Of a stretch of DNA of 64,000 nucleotides, positions 9,810 through 19,533 are shown piece after piece. Source of the stretch: Candidatus Falkowbacteria bacterium GW2011_GWF2_43_32 (lineage in GTDB: Bacteria > Patescibacteriota > Patescibacteriia > Patescibacteriales > UBA12465); contig LCGL01000001.1 of assembly GCA_000999715.1 (NCBI GenBank), forward strand, positions 259,139 through 323,138. The letters run 5' to 3'. Position numbers and translations under genes: made by a program. The notes beneath the pieces are model-generated. The model saw only the letters and a list, made by a program, of their open reading frames with translations, was not told the origin of the DNA and made no database searches. How positions within the stretch are numbered: position 1 is the stretch's first letter; the number at the start of each line of letters is the position of its first letter.

Positions 9810-10136
9810 TTATTCTATCTCGGCTATCAATCGTTCAATTTTATCCGCCTCTCTTTCCGTGGCGTCAAACTCCCAAATCAAATGCGGAATTTTTCGCAAT
9901 TTTAAGCGCGTTCTTAAAATCGCCGCCAAAGTTCCGGTGGCCGCCGTCAAGCGTCGCAAAGCCGTACCCGCAAATTTATCCGGCAAAACGGAAAAGCCGA
10001 CTTTCGCCCGTTTCAAATCCGAACTGCACTCCACGTAAGCGACGGTAAGCAAAGCATCGGGAATCGCCACTTCGCGATTGACCGCTTTAGCCAATTCTTC
10101 TAAAATCAATTCGTTTAAGCGCGGAATTTTGGACAT
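9810..10136 (-). CDS. rbfA: Ribosome-binding factor A
   Basis: VECSSDLKRAKV, LRKIPHLIWEFD; downstream of infB. Confidence 0.88.
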   Translation of the reverse strand: MSKIPRLNELILEELAKAVNREVAIPDALLTVAYVECSSDLKRAKVGFSVLPDKFAGTALRRLTAATGTLAAILRTRLKLRKIPHLIWEFDATEREADKIERLIAEIE

Positions 10137-10143
10137 AAGCAAA

Positions 10144-12117
10144 TTAAACTTTATCGACAATTTTCTCTTCGCGATAAACTTCTAAAATATCGCCGACGGC
10201 CACAACCGGTTTTCCTTCATATTTGATTCCCGCTTCTTCGTCTTGATCAACCTGATCGACGTCCTGTTTACCGGACTGCAGACGGGTTAATTTGCCGGAA
10301 ACGACGAAATCGGTGCCGCGTTTCACGTCAATCAAACTGTCATTCTTAATGGCGCCGTCCAGTACTTTGCCGCCGATAATCTGACTGTTCGCTTCCGTGC
10401 GGAATACGGCCAAAACCTTGAGACGACCCAGTTCCACGCGATTGATTTCCGGTTTGATAAGTAACTGCATTTCCTCCTTGACGAATTTGATGAGATCGTA
10501 AATAACGGAAAAAGTTTTAACCGTCACTTGTCTTTCTCGCACCAAAGTTTCAATCGTCGGCGATATGCGAACATTAAAACCGAGAATCTTGGCGCCGGCA
10601 TCTTCGGCGCGTTTGACGTCGCCCTCCGTAATATAGCCCAAGCCTTTGCTGATTATTTTTACTTTGACCTTTTCGCCGTTCAATTTCAACAAAGACTCTT
10701 CAATCGCTTCCGCCGAACCGAGAAAATCGGTTTTAATGACCACATTGACTTTCGGCGTCCGATCTTCCGGACCGTCTTCCAATCCGGCCGGCAAAACATC
10801 GGCCGCTTGCGAACTGCTTTTGATTTTCTTGGTCTTCACTTTTTCTCCTTCACCGACATTCAAAATATCGCCGACCGCCGGAGAAATCTTCAATCCTAAA
10901 ATTTTCACGGGCACGGACGGTCCGGCCTGGCTCATTTCTTCTCCTTTATAATTTTTTAAAGCCTTAACCTTGCCATAAACGATGTCATTGAAACATAATT
11001 GATCGCCAACGCGCAAAGTGCCGTTTTGAACTAAAATTGTCGCCACCGGTCCGGCCGCTTTATCAACATTGGATTCCACGACCGTGCCGGCCGCCGCCGC
11101 TTCCGGATTAGCTTTCAAGCTCGCCGCTTCCGTATCGGCCACCAACAGCACCATGTCCAGCAATTCCTCTATCCCCGTGCCTTCCTTGGCGGAAACCGGC
11201 GCACAAATCGTTTTGCCGCCCCAATCTTCGGGGGTAATATTTAATTTTGAAGATAATTCTTGCTTAGTCTTATTGATATCCGCCGTCGGCTTATCAACCT
11301 TATTCATGGCCACGATAAAAGGAATTTTAGCCGCTTCAATAATACGAAAAGCTTCCACCGTCTGCGGCATCACACCGTCATCGGCGGCCACGACCAAAAT
11401 GGCGATATCGGCCACTTTGGCGCCGCGACTGCGCATCGCCGTAAAAGCTTCATGCCCGGGCGTATCGATAAAAGTAATGGTTCTTTCTTTACGAATAATC
11501 TGATAAGCGCCGATATGCTGGGTGATTCCGCCCGCTTCACCGGCGATAACATCAGTACTGCGGATAGAATCCAATAATTTCGTCTTACCATGATCAACGT
11601 GCCCCATAACAACAATTACCGGCGGACGCTCTTTCAAATCCGCAATCTGTTCTCCGGCCAAAATCGTTTCCAATTTTTTATTTTCCTTCTCATTTTCTTC
11701 TAATTTAACTTCGGCCGCCTGAACATCAAGATTCAGATTTTCTCCGATAATCGCCGCCGTATCAAAATCAATTTTTTCATTGATGGAGGTAAAAACTCCG
11801 TTTTTCATCAATTCCGCCAAAACGCGGTTAACCGGAATCCCGGCCAATTCGGCATAGGCGCGTACGCTGATGACTTTCGGCACGGCAATGGTTCTTTTCT
11901 CTTTCGGCAGAACCTCATCCTGTTTCTTGATTTCCGCGGCCAGCTTTTTTTGCTCCCATTGGCGACGCAAAAACGGCCAATCTTTAATAATTTTTTTGGC
12001 GGTATTGTTATCCACTTTAATCGCTTTTTGTCCGATCGCAAATCCGAGCTCCGGCAACAAATCGCGCAATTCCTGCGGATTGATTCTTAAAATTCTGGCT
12101 AGTTCGGTAATATTCAT
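10144..12117 (-). CDS. infB: Translation initiation factor IF-2
   Basis: RPPVIVVMGHVDHGKT, DTPGHEAF, NKVD. Confidence 0.98.
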   Translation of the reverse strand: MNITELARILRINPQELRDLLPELGFAIGQKAIKVDNNTAKKIIKDWPFLRRQWEQKKLAAEIKKQDEVLPKEKRTIAVPKVISVRAYAELAGIPVNRVLAELMKNGVFTSINEKIDFDTAAIIGENLNLDVQAAEVKLEENEKENKKLETILAGEQIADLKERPPVIVVMGHVDHGKTKLLDSIRSTDVIAGEAGGITQHIGAYQIIRKERTITFIDTPGHEAFTAMRSRGAKVADIAILVVAADDGVMPQTVEAFRIIEAAKIPFIVAMNKVDKPTADINKTKQELSSKLNITPEDWGGKTICAPVSAKEGTGIEELLDMVLLVADTEAASLKANPEAAAAGTVVESNVDKAAGPVATILVQNGTLRVGDQLCFNDIVYGKVKALKNYKGEEMSQAGPSVPVKILGLKISPAVGDILNVGEGEKVKTKKIKSSSQAADVLPAGLEDGPEDRTPKVNVVIKTDFLGSAEAIEESLLKLNGEKVKVKIISKGLGYITEGDVKRAEDAGAKILGFNVRISPTIETLVRERQVTVKTFSVIYDLIKFVKEEMQLLIKPEINRVELGRLKVLAVFRTEANSQIIGGKVLDGAIKNDSLIDVKRGTDFVVSGKLTRLQSGKQDVDQVDQDEEAGIKYEGKPVVAVGDILEVYREEKIVDKV

Positions 12118-12265
12118 AAATTTTATCTATTTTTTAATATTACTTTAATTTTTGAGTTTAGTCAACCAATAATTTCATACTATCTTATTTAATTTCTGTC
12201 AATATTTTCAAATCCAAATATTAATGCTAAGCTAAAGAAGTAAATTTTATAATTTATTAATCTAA

Positions 12266-12507
12266 AGTCTGTTTTTAGGGATTATTAGAGAAATTAACTG
12301 CCGCCTCGCCGTCAACTGACGAACTGTCCAGAAATTTATTTTTGAGCGCACAAATCTATGCTTTCCTTGGTTTTTCACTCTAGCTTAACTACAAAAAATC
12401 AAAAATCCACTAGCCCCTCTCTTAAATAAATCGCCTCTGAGGCGTACGGTTATTATTTTTCAAAATTTAATAGTTCCCTTGCCACCCCCAATCCCCAAAG
12501 ACAGGCT
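12266..12507 (+). ncRNA. Candidate structured RNA (6S-like rod or rny 5' leader)
   Basis: 18-nt closing stem 12266-12283/12490-12507 plus nested inner stems; TATAAT at 12248-12253. Confidence 0.5.
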
Positions 12508-12515
12508 CCCTTAAT

Positions 12516-14039
12516 ATGGAATACCTAAACTATGTCTTGTATGTCGTCCTGGCCGCGGGTGGTTTTTTTATTGGTTTTGTCGCTTACAAAAAGAGTGCCG
12601 GCAAAAAAATCTCCAGCGCCAGCGAACGAGCGGAAAAATTGATCAACGAAGCAAAAATCAAAGAAAAGGATTTATTGCTGAAAGCGCAGGATAAAGCCCT
12701 GCACATCATTGAAGAGTCCAAAAAAGAAGAATCGGTCCGACGCAACGAAATGAATAACTTGCAAAAAAGACTGGAACAACGGGAGACCGCTTTTTCTCAA
12801 AAACTTTTGGATTTGCAAGAAAAACAACAAAAACTCTACGACAAGGTCAACGAAGTCCAAGAAATCAAAGAAAAAATAAAAAGCGTCAAAGAGGAACAAG
12901 AGGCTAAGTTGGAAAAAATTTCCAATTTGACTCGAGATGAGGCCAAACAGATCCTGTTGAAAGACGTGGAAGAAAAAAGCGCCGAAGATTTGATGATTCG
13001 CATCAAAAAATTGGAAAACGAAGCCGAAGATAATATTAACGATAAAGCGAAGGACATGATGGCCTTGGCCATGCAACGCTTGGTCTCCGGTTATACGGTG
13101 GAGTTGACGACCACCACGGTCGATTTGCCCAATGACGAAATGAAAGGACGTATTATCGGTCGCGAAGGTCGCAACATTAAAGCGATTGAACAAATGACCG
13201 GAGTGGAAATTATCGTTGACGATATGCCTAACGCCATCACCGTTTCCGGCTTCTCTTTGATTCGCCGCCATATCGCCAAAAAAACTTTGGATTATTTGAT
13301 AAAAGACGGACGCATCCATCCGACCAAGATTGAAGAAGCGGTGGAGAATGCCAAAAAAGATATTTCTTTGGACATCAAAAAAGCCGGCGAAGAAGCGATG
13401 TATGAAGTCGGCGTCACCGGTTTTGACCCGAAATTGGTGCAAATTTTAGGACGTCTAAAATACCGCACCAGTTACGGCCAAAACGCTTTGCGCCATTCCA
13501 TTGAAGTCGCTCATCTGGCCGCCATGTTGGCCGAAGAATTGGGCGCGGACGTCACTCTGGCCAAAAAAGGCGGTCTCTTGCACGACATCGGCAAAGCGGT
13601 TGATCATGAAGTCCAAGGCAATCATACCGAAATCGGTCGCGATATCGCCAAAAAATTCAATTTGCCGCCGGAAATAATCGCGCCGATCGCCACGCATCAC
13701 GATGACCAGCCGGCTTCCTTGATTTCCGTTATCGTTAAAGTTGCCGACGCCATTTCTTCCGCTCGTCCCGGAGCGCGCAAAGACAGCTATGAAAACTACT
13801 TACAGCGCCTGGAAGAGCTGGAAAAGATCGCTTTAACCTTTGAAGGCGTGGAAAAAACCTACGCCATCCAGGCCGGACGCGAAATCAGAGTCTTTGTCCA
13901 ACCGGAAGCGATTAACGATCTGCAGACTCATAATTTGGCTAGAGATATTGCAAAAAAGATAGAAAATGAGTTAAAATACCCAGGAGAGATAAAAGTCAAC
14001 GTTATCCGGGAAATGCGGGTAACCGAATACGCCCGTTAA
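12516..14039 (+). CDS. rny: Ribonuclease Y
   Basis: N-terminal TM helix, coiled coil, KH (KGRIIGREGRNI), HD (LLHDIGKA), YAIQAGREIRV. Confidence 0.98.
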   Translation: MEYLNYVLYVVLAAGGFFIGFVAYKKSAGKKISSASERAEKLINEAKIKEKDLLLKAQDKALHIIEESKKEESVRRNEMNNLQKRLEQRETAFSQKLLDLQEKQQKLYDKVNEVQEIKEKIKSVKEEQEAKLEKISNLTRDEAKQILLKDVEEKSAEDLMIRIKKLENEAEDNINDKAKDMMALAMQRLVSGYTVELTTTTVDLPNDEMKGRIIGREGRNIKAIEQMTGVEIIVDDMPNAITVSGFSLIRRHIAKKTLDYLIKDGRIHPTKIEEAVENAKKDISLDIKKAGEEAMYEVGVTGFDPKLVQILGRLKYRTSYGQNALRHSIEVAHLAAMLAEELGADVTLAKKGGLLHDIGKAVDHEVQGNHTEIGRDIAKKFNLPPEIIAPIATHHDDQPASLISVIVKVADAISSARPGARKDSYENYLQRLEELEKIALTFEGVEKTYAIQAGREIRVFVQPEAINDLQTHNLARDIAKKIENELKYPGEIKVNVIREMRVTEYAR

Positions 14040-14110
14040 GCCGAAAAACGTTTAACATCTTTCCCCCCTGCGCCTGACAACTTTTTATTAAACTAAGCAT
14101 TAATAAACAT

Positions 14111-14398
14111 ATGAACAAAGCGCAACTCATCGACAAAATTAATCATGATGTCGAGGGCTTGAACAAGAAACAAGCCGAAAAGATGATTGATGTCTTGACT
14201 GACACGATCATTGAGGAACTCAAAGCCGATCGCGAAGTGACTATCGCCGGCTTTGGCACTTTCTTGTCCCGGGTTCGTTATTCTCGCGGCGGCGTCAATC
14301 CGCAAAAACCGAACGAGCGAATTACGATCCCGGCCGTGAAAGTTGCGAAGTTTAAAACCGGCTATCACTTGAAACAGGCCCTTAAGGGAAAGCGATAG
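14111..14398 (+). CDS. hup: HU-family DNA-binding protein
   Basis: MNKAQLI, IAGFGTF, GVNPQ, PAVKVAKFK. Confidence 0.93.
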   Translation: MNKAQLIDKINHDVEGLNKKQAEKMIDVLTDTIIEELKADREVTIAGFGTFLSRVRYSRGGVNPQKPNERITIPAVKVAKFKTGYHLKQALKGKR

Positions 14399-14483
14399 AA
14401 TCGATGCCCATAAGGACAGTCCCCCAACCTTAATTGAAGGGCGTATTATTTGTGTTCGGAAACCGACCTGACGATAATTAAGA

Positions 14484-14557
14484 GCGCCCGTAGCTCAACT
14501 GGATAGAGTACTTGGCTTCGGACCAAGGGGTTGCAGGTTCAAATCCTGCCGGGCGCA
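14484..14557 (+). tRNA. tRNA-Arg(TCG)
   Basis: Anticodon arm CTTGG-CTTCGGA-CCAAG; A20 in D-loop (GGATAG). Confidence 0.93.
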
Positions 14558-14561
14558 CATT

Positions 14562-14635
14562 GGCTGGGTAGCTCAGTTGGTTAGAGCGTAGCACTCATAA
14601 CGCTAAGGTCGCGGGTTCGATTCCCGCCCCCGCCA
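14562..14635 (+). tRNA. tRNA-Met(CAT) elongator (Ile2 not excluded)
   Basis: Anticodon loop CTCATAA; paired G1-C72; GGCT acceptor start. Confidence 0.8.
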
Positions 14636-14669
14636 CATTCATTAATGGCGCCCTCACGGTCGCTAAAAG

Positions 14670-14742
14670 GCCTCGTTAGCTCAGTTGGTAGAGCAGCTCC
14701 CTCTTAAGGAGATGGTCGCAGGTTCGAATCCTGCACGGGGCA
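14670..14742 (+). tRNA. tRNA-Lys(CTT)
   Basis: Anticodon loop CTCTTAA; acceptor GCCTCGT/ACGGGGC. Confidence 0.92.
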
Positions 14743-14747
14743 CGAAT

Positions 14748-15347
14748 ATGTTAAATCTAATTATCTTTGGCCCTCCCGGATCCGGCAAAGGAACTCAGGC
14801 GGCGCTAATCGCTAAAAAATATAAACTTGCCCATTTATCCAGCGGGGATATTTTGCGCCAAGAATTAAAAAACGGTTCCTTGGGGGCGAGCATCAAAAAA
14901 TATCAAGAAACCGGCCGACTGGTTCCCGACAATATCATTATCGCCATGATGGAGGCGACCGCCGTTCGCAAGTTAAAAACCAAAGGTTTGGTTTTTGACG
15001 GTTATCCGCGCAATCTGCGTCAAGCTCGACAGCTGGATCGCTTTCTTAAGAAACAACGAACCGCTTTGACTCTGGTGTTAAATTTGAAATTAAGCGAACA
15101 GGACGCTCAAAAACGCATTATCAACCGCGGCAAAACTTCCGGACGCAATGACGACAACCTTAAAACCATTCGCACCCGTTTTCAAATATACCGCGCCCAA
15201 ACGGAACCGATTTTAAAGTATTACCAAGCTCAAAAAAAGATAATCGCCGTTGACGGACGTCCGTCCATCCAAAAAGTAACTCAAAACATTACCGATATTT
15301 TAAAAAAACAACAATCGACGGATATAAAAAAGGGGGCTAAAAAATAG
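14748..15347 (+). CDS. adk: Adenylate kinase (short LID)
   Basis: GPPGSGKGTQA, HLSSGDILR, FDGYPR, GRNDD; true ATG lies 5 nt after tRNA-Lys. Confidence 0.95.
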   Translation: MLNLIIFGPPGSGKGTQAALIAKKYKLAHLSSGDILRQELKNGSLGASIKKYQETGRLVPDNIIIAMMEATAVRKLKTKGLVFDGYPRNLRQARQLDRFLKKQRTALTLVLNLKLSEQDAQKRIINRGKTSGRNDDNLKTIRTRFQIYRAQTEPILKYYQAQKKIIAVDGRPSIQKVTQNITDILKKQQSTDIKKGAKK

Positions 15348-15359
15348 CTCCCTTTTTTT
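15326..15359. terminator. Bidirectional terminator
   Basis: AAAAAAGGGGGCTA-AAAAA-TAGCTCCCTTTTTT between convergent genes. Confidence 0.75.
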
Positions 15360-15369
15360 AACGATTACT

Positions 15370-15612
15370 CTAGCGTTTGGCGGCACCCCAGGCACCGATG
15401 TTCATCATATGAGAATTTTTTTTCTCATCGCTTTGAGCGCGAGCGGTTTGTTCTATAACCGTTCCGTCCGCGTCCGTTGCCGGCGCGTCGCTCTTGTCCG
15501 CAAAACGTGTTTCTTCGTTAAAAACTCCTGATGAATTTTCGCTGAAATCTTCATCAAAATACCTTCCCCGATGCTCGGGGAACACTGATTCGACCATAGA
15601 CTTTTTTTTCAT
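15370..15612 (-). CDS. Hypothetical small acidic protein
   Basis: 80-aa ORF with an upstream TATAAT and a downstream terminator. Confidence 0.55.
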   Translation of the reverse strand: MKKKSMVESVFPEHRGRYFDEDFSENSSGVFNEETRFADKSDAPATDADGTVIEQTARAQSDEKKNSHMMNIGAWGAAKR

Positions 15613-15845
15613 CTTGATTTGAGATTTGGTTTATGAATTAAAAGAACTGCTTTATTAACAAAGACCGAGCCTTAAGGCTCGGTCTTTAATTTGCTTGATT
15701 TATTATAATCTGATATTAAATATTTTGCGCAAATAAAGACCGGCCTTTCAAAAAGCCCCAAATAATAATATAGGATGTCTTTATTTGTAAATTTCTCATA
15801 TCTAAGGGTTAATGATAGCAAGACGTTCAAAAACCGTCAAGCGTT

Positions 15846-16532
15846 TCACTCGCCAATCCGGGTGCCGACGTATTTTTTACCGGCCAGACAGGCGGATAAA
15901 TTTTTTATTTTCTTTCCGTTGATCACCACGACTTTCAATCCCTTCTCGGCCGCCAATCGCGCCGCGATCGGATCAAAAGGAGCATTAAGACCGGGCCGCC
16001 ATTTATGGCCGACTATCTTCCGAAACTCCGGCCAAGAAATCGCCTCTATCCGGCGCGCCGCGGAAAATCGACGCGGATCTTTATCGTAAACATAATCAAT
16101 ATTTGACAGATTAACGACGGTTTCTATTTTGTACTTTTGCGCCAACAACACCGCGACATAATCCGTTGATCGACCGGGTTGATAACCGGCGACAATAATA
16201 ATTTTCTTGGCGGTTTTCACGGGCTTGGTCGGATCAAAAATAATATTCGGATAGGCCGCCGGTCCAAAAACGGCGCGCACCAACTCGGCATTCAATCGCG
16301 TCGCGGCGATGCCGACCCAATCCTGATCGCTCCGTAAAATCTTCGCGGTGGCCGTGGCGGCCGCAATATAATTTCTGGCGGTCGCTCCGCCGCCGATCAC
16401 CAAATAAAATTTATCGCCCCGTTTGCTCCGACCGAGAATAAAAGCGCAAAACTTTTTTAAAAAGTCCGCTTCAATTTCTTTCTCGGTAACCAAAAGCGAG
16501 CCACCGACCGACAGCACGAAAGATTTAGCCAT
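15846..16532 (-). CDS. pyrH: UMP kinase, archaeal-type
   Basis: LSVGGS, IGGGATARNY, D..GIAATRLNA, PGRSTD, NIDYVYDKDP, PFDPIA. Confidence 0.93.
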   Translation of the reverse strand: MAKSFVLSVGGSLLVTEKEIEADFLKKFCAFILGRSKRGDKFYLVIGGGATARNYIAAATATAKILRSDQDWVGIAATRLNAELVRAVFGPAAYPNIIFDPTKPVKTAKKIIIVAGYQPGRSTDYVAVLLAQKYKIETVVNLSNIDYVYDKDPRRFSAARRIEAISWPEFRKIVGHKWRPGLNAPFDPIAARLAAEKGLKVVVINGKKIKNLSACLAGKKYVGTRIGE

Positions 16533-16537
16533 ATTGA

Positions 16538-17590
16538 TTATTTACTTTCTTCTATCTCTTTGCTTTTAATCTCCGCCAAAATCGCTCGCCTGATATCCGC
16601 CATCATTTTCTTATTGTCTTTGATGGTTTTTTTGGCCGCTTCCCGACCGAGGCCCAATTTAGTTTCGCCGAAAGAAAAGGAGTTGCCGCTCTTTTTGATC
16701 ACTTCGCATTCCACGCCCAAATCCACCAAATCGCCGGCCACGGAAATGCCTTCATTATACATAATGTCAAATTCACAAGTGCGAAACGGCGCGGCCACTT
16801 TATTTTTCACGATTTTCACCTTGACGCGATTGCCGATGATTTTTTCGCCTTGCTTAATCTGAGCGGCGCGCCTCACCTCTACGCGCATCGAGCAATAAAA
16901 TTTCAAAGCATTGCCGCCGGTCGTGGTTTCCGGATTACCGAAAAAAACGCCAATCTTATTTCTGATCTGGTTGATGAAAATAACCACCGTTTTTGTCTTG
17001 GCGATGATGGCCGTTAATTTTCTCAGAGCCTGACTCATCAAGCGCGCTTGCAAGCCCATATGTTGATCACCCATTTCCCCCTCAATTTCTTTCTGCGGCA
17101 CCAAAGCGGCCACGCTGTCCACAACAATCACGTCAACGGCATTGGAGCGCACCAAGGTTTCCACGATTTCCAGCGCTTGCTCGCCGCTGTCCGGTTGGGA
17201 CAACAACATTTCTTTGATGTTTACGCCTATCTTGGCGGCATATTCCGGATCCAAGGCATGCTCGGCGTCAACGAAAGCGGCAATGCCGCCGGTTTTTTGC
17301 ACTTCGGCGACAATATGTTGCGCTAAAGTCGTTTTGCCGGAAGATTCCGGACCATAAACTTCAATCACTCGGCCGCGCGGTACGCCGCCCACGCCGGTGG
17401 CGATATCCAAGGATAAACAACCGGTGGAAATGGCGTCCACATTGGTTTTCGGTAAATCACCGAATTTCATAATCGCCCCTTCGCCGAAACGAGTCTTAAT
17501 TTGCTCAATGGCGTTTAAGGCCGCCCCTTCGCGCTTATCCTTGTCTCCGCTTTTTTCGGAGACACTTTTCTTTTCCTTTTCCTGTCTCAT
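16538..17590 (-). CDS. recA: Recombinase A
   Basis: [36 protein letters not shown]. Confidence 0.99.
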   Translation of the reverse strand: MRQEKEKKSVSEKSGDKDKREGAALNAIEQIKTRFGEGAIMKFGDLPKTNVDAISTGCLSLDIATGVGGVPRGRVIEVYGPESSGKTTLAQHIVAEVQKTGGIAAFVDAEHALDPEYAAKIGVNIKEMLLSQPDSGEQALEIVETLVRSNAVDVIVVDSVAALVPQKEIEGEMGDQHMGLQARLMSQALRKLTAIIAKTKTVVIFINQIRNKIGVFFGNPETTTGGNALKFYCSMRVEVRRAAQIKQGEKIIGNRVKVKIVKNKVAAPFRTCEFDIMYNEGISVAGDLVDLGVECEVIKKSGNSFSFGETKLGLGREAAKKTIKDNKKMMADIRRAILAEIKSKEIEESK

Positions 17591-17736
17591 ATAGATTGAT
17601 TAATAAATTAATAATTTTTATTATAGCATAAACTCCCTGAAATAACCGCTAAAAAATGATAAACTAACGATAATTTTTTATTAAAACGAATCTGACACTC
17701 TCAAGCGATTTTAACGCAAATTACCTGATGTTTTCG

Positions 17737-18216
17737 CTAATTTTGAGAAAACAACCCTAAAGACCGAAACGGCAGAAGCAATTTATGTTCTCGCCCGTCT
17801 TTTCTTCGCAAAATTATTTCACCGCCGTCATCAGTTTTTTGCCAGTCCAAATAAGCACTCGGATTGTCGGAATCATAATTAATTTCCTCGGTTTCGGCGC
17901 TGTTTTCCCATTCCGTTTTGATTTTCTCTATCAAGCGCGACCAAAATCCGTCCTCCTCTGCAACGGATACCTCCGCATCGGCCAACATGTCTTCCACGAA
18001 TTCTCCGCTAACCGGTTCTTCCAAGCCCAAATCAACCAAGCTCTGCGCTACTCCGAAAATTGTCCCCAAGACCATGTTTACTTGTTTATAAACAAGGCTT
18101 TGCTGTCTTTCCGCTCGTTGCGCTTCATCGCCGCCGTAAAGAATGGTCGCCACCGCCACCAAGACTAAAAAAATAACGACAGTCAAAACGCTTTTAATCG
18201 GACGCAATACCGACAT
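17737..18216 (-). CDS. Hypothetical protein with N-terminal membrane anchor
   Basis: Hydrophobic N-terminal helix, acidic body, in-operon position. Confidence 0.7.
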   Translation of the reverse strand: MSVLRPIKSVLTVVIFLVLVAVATILYGGDEAQRAERQQSLVYKQVNMVLGTIFGVAQSLVDLGLEEPVSGEFVEDMLADAEVSVAEEDGFWSRLIEKIKTEWENSAETEEINYDSDNPSAYLDWQKTDDGGEIILRRKDGREHKLLLPFRSLGLFSQN

Positions 18217-18248
18217 AAATTTAAAAATAATTTTTAAAACCAATCGTT

Positions 18249-19517
18249 TTATCGTTCCGACTTATCGGCGGAAGAAAAAATATTTATCTGACCGTATTGT
18301 CCGTCAAAACCGGGCGTGATAATCAATTCGCCGTCGCGCACGCGTCGAATTCCTTCAATAATGCGCACATCAATTTCTTCATTGACCGTCTGCAAATCCA
18401 AATCCAATAAAATTTCTATCTCCGAGCCGTAGGTCTCAGTCAAACGCCGATATTGCTTTTGAACGGCCACCGAAGCGCGATTTTTAAGACCCAAAGCTTC
18501 GCCGATAATCTTATCCAATTCCACGGTTTTTCTAAAACCGACAGCTGACAACGGTCGAAAACCGTACGGCCGATCCGCCAATTCCTCTACCCGATTCAAG
18601 ACGCCGATGACTAAAGGCTCCCCGCACTGCGGGCAAATATTTTTTAATCGCCGACTTTCCGTCGGCTCGCAACTGAAAGCGCAATCGCGATGCCCGTCCA
18701 AATGATACATGCCCTCTTCCGGATAAAATTCCAAAGTTTCCCTCATTCCTTCTCGATCGGTCTCGGCCGGAGCAACGCGACGACGGTATTTTATGATATC
18801 GTAAATCTTTTGGTAAGTAATCGGTTCGTCAATCTCCATGATATTCGCTTCCCGCGCAATATTGTTTAAGCTATGCGCATCGGAATTGGACAAAACCGTT
18901 AAATTATCCAAGGCCGATAAACGCCAATTCATTTCCGGATCGCTGGACAAACCGGTTTCATAAGCATATATATGCTCGGTCTGCTCCCGAAAACATTCTT
19001 CCAAAGTGTCAAAGCCGGATTTAGAGCCGAAAACCGAGAACCAAGGAGTCCAAATATGCGCGGGATAAATCAAAAATTTATCGTTGATTTTTAAAACCAG
19101 TTTCACGAATTCCGGCGCGGAAATCCCCAAAATCGGCCGTCCGTCCGAATGAATATTGAATCTTTTGGCCAGTTGACGATTTAATTCAACAACCGCCGAC
19201 ATGTTCGGAGCCTGAACGACAAGATGAATCCGCCTGCAACGTCCGCCATCCATATAAATCAAAGCTACTTCCGTGCTCAACAAAAATTTTACTTTATCGT
19301 CCGCCGCTCGCTTCAATTTATACAAACCCGCATCGGGAAATATCTCCTCCAAATCTTTTTTTAAAATTGCCGCCCATTCCGGATGCGTAAAATCGCCGGT
19401 GGCAATAACGTCTACGCCTTTTGTCCGGCAAGTCTGTTCAATATTCTCGGGCAAAAGCTTGGGAGAACAAGCGCGAGAATAACGGGAATGGATATGAAGA
19501 TCTAAAACCTGACGCAT
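18249..19517 (-). CDS. Endonuclease Q family (PHP domain plus Zn finger)
   Basis: DLHIHSRYSRA, TGDFTHP, PAHIWTPWFS, ETGLSSD, SNSDAHS, YHLDGHRDC, CPQCG, PGFDGQYG. Confidence 0.9.
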   Translation of the reverse strand: MRQVLDLHIHSRYSRACSPKLLPENIEQTCRTKGVDVIATGDFTHPEWAAILKKDLEEIFPDAGLYKLKRAADDKVKFLLSTEVALIYMDGGRCRRIHLVVQAPNMSAVVELNRQLAKRFNIHSDGRPILGISAPEFVKLVLKINDKFLIYPAHIWTPWFSVFGSKSGFDTLEECFREQTEHIYAYETGLSSDPEMNWRLSALDNLTVLSNSDAHSLNNIAREANIMEIDEPITYQKIYDIIKYRRRVAPAETDREGMRETLEFYPEEGMYHLDGHRDCAFSCEPTESRRLKNICPQCGEPLVIGVLNRVEELADRPYGFRPLSAVGFRKTVELDKIIGEALGLKNRASVAVQKQYRRLTETYGSEIEILLDLDLQTVNEEIDVRIIEGIRRVRDGELIITPGFDGQYGQINIFSSADKSER

Positions 19518-19533
19518 AGACGCATATTTACGA

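Noticed and set aside
14685..14747. N-terminal extension of Adk in the ORF track
   Set aside because: It is tRNA-Lys sequence; the real start is ATG 14748
15875..15900. CCGGCCAGACAGGCGG in pyrH resembling a short palindromic repeat insertion
   Set aside because: It encodes LSACLAGK at the normal position in UMP kinase, with no length insertion and no other copy seen
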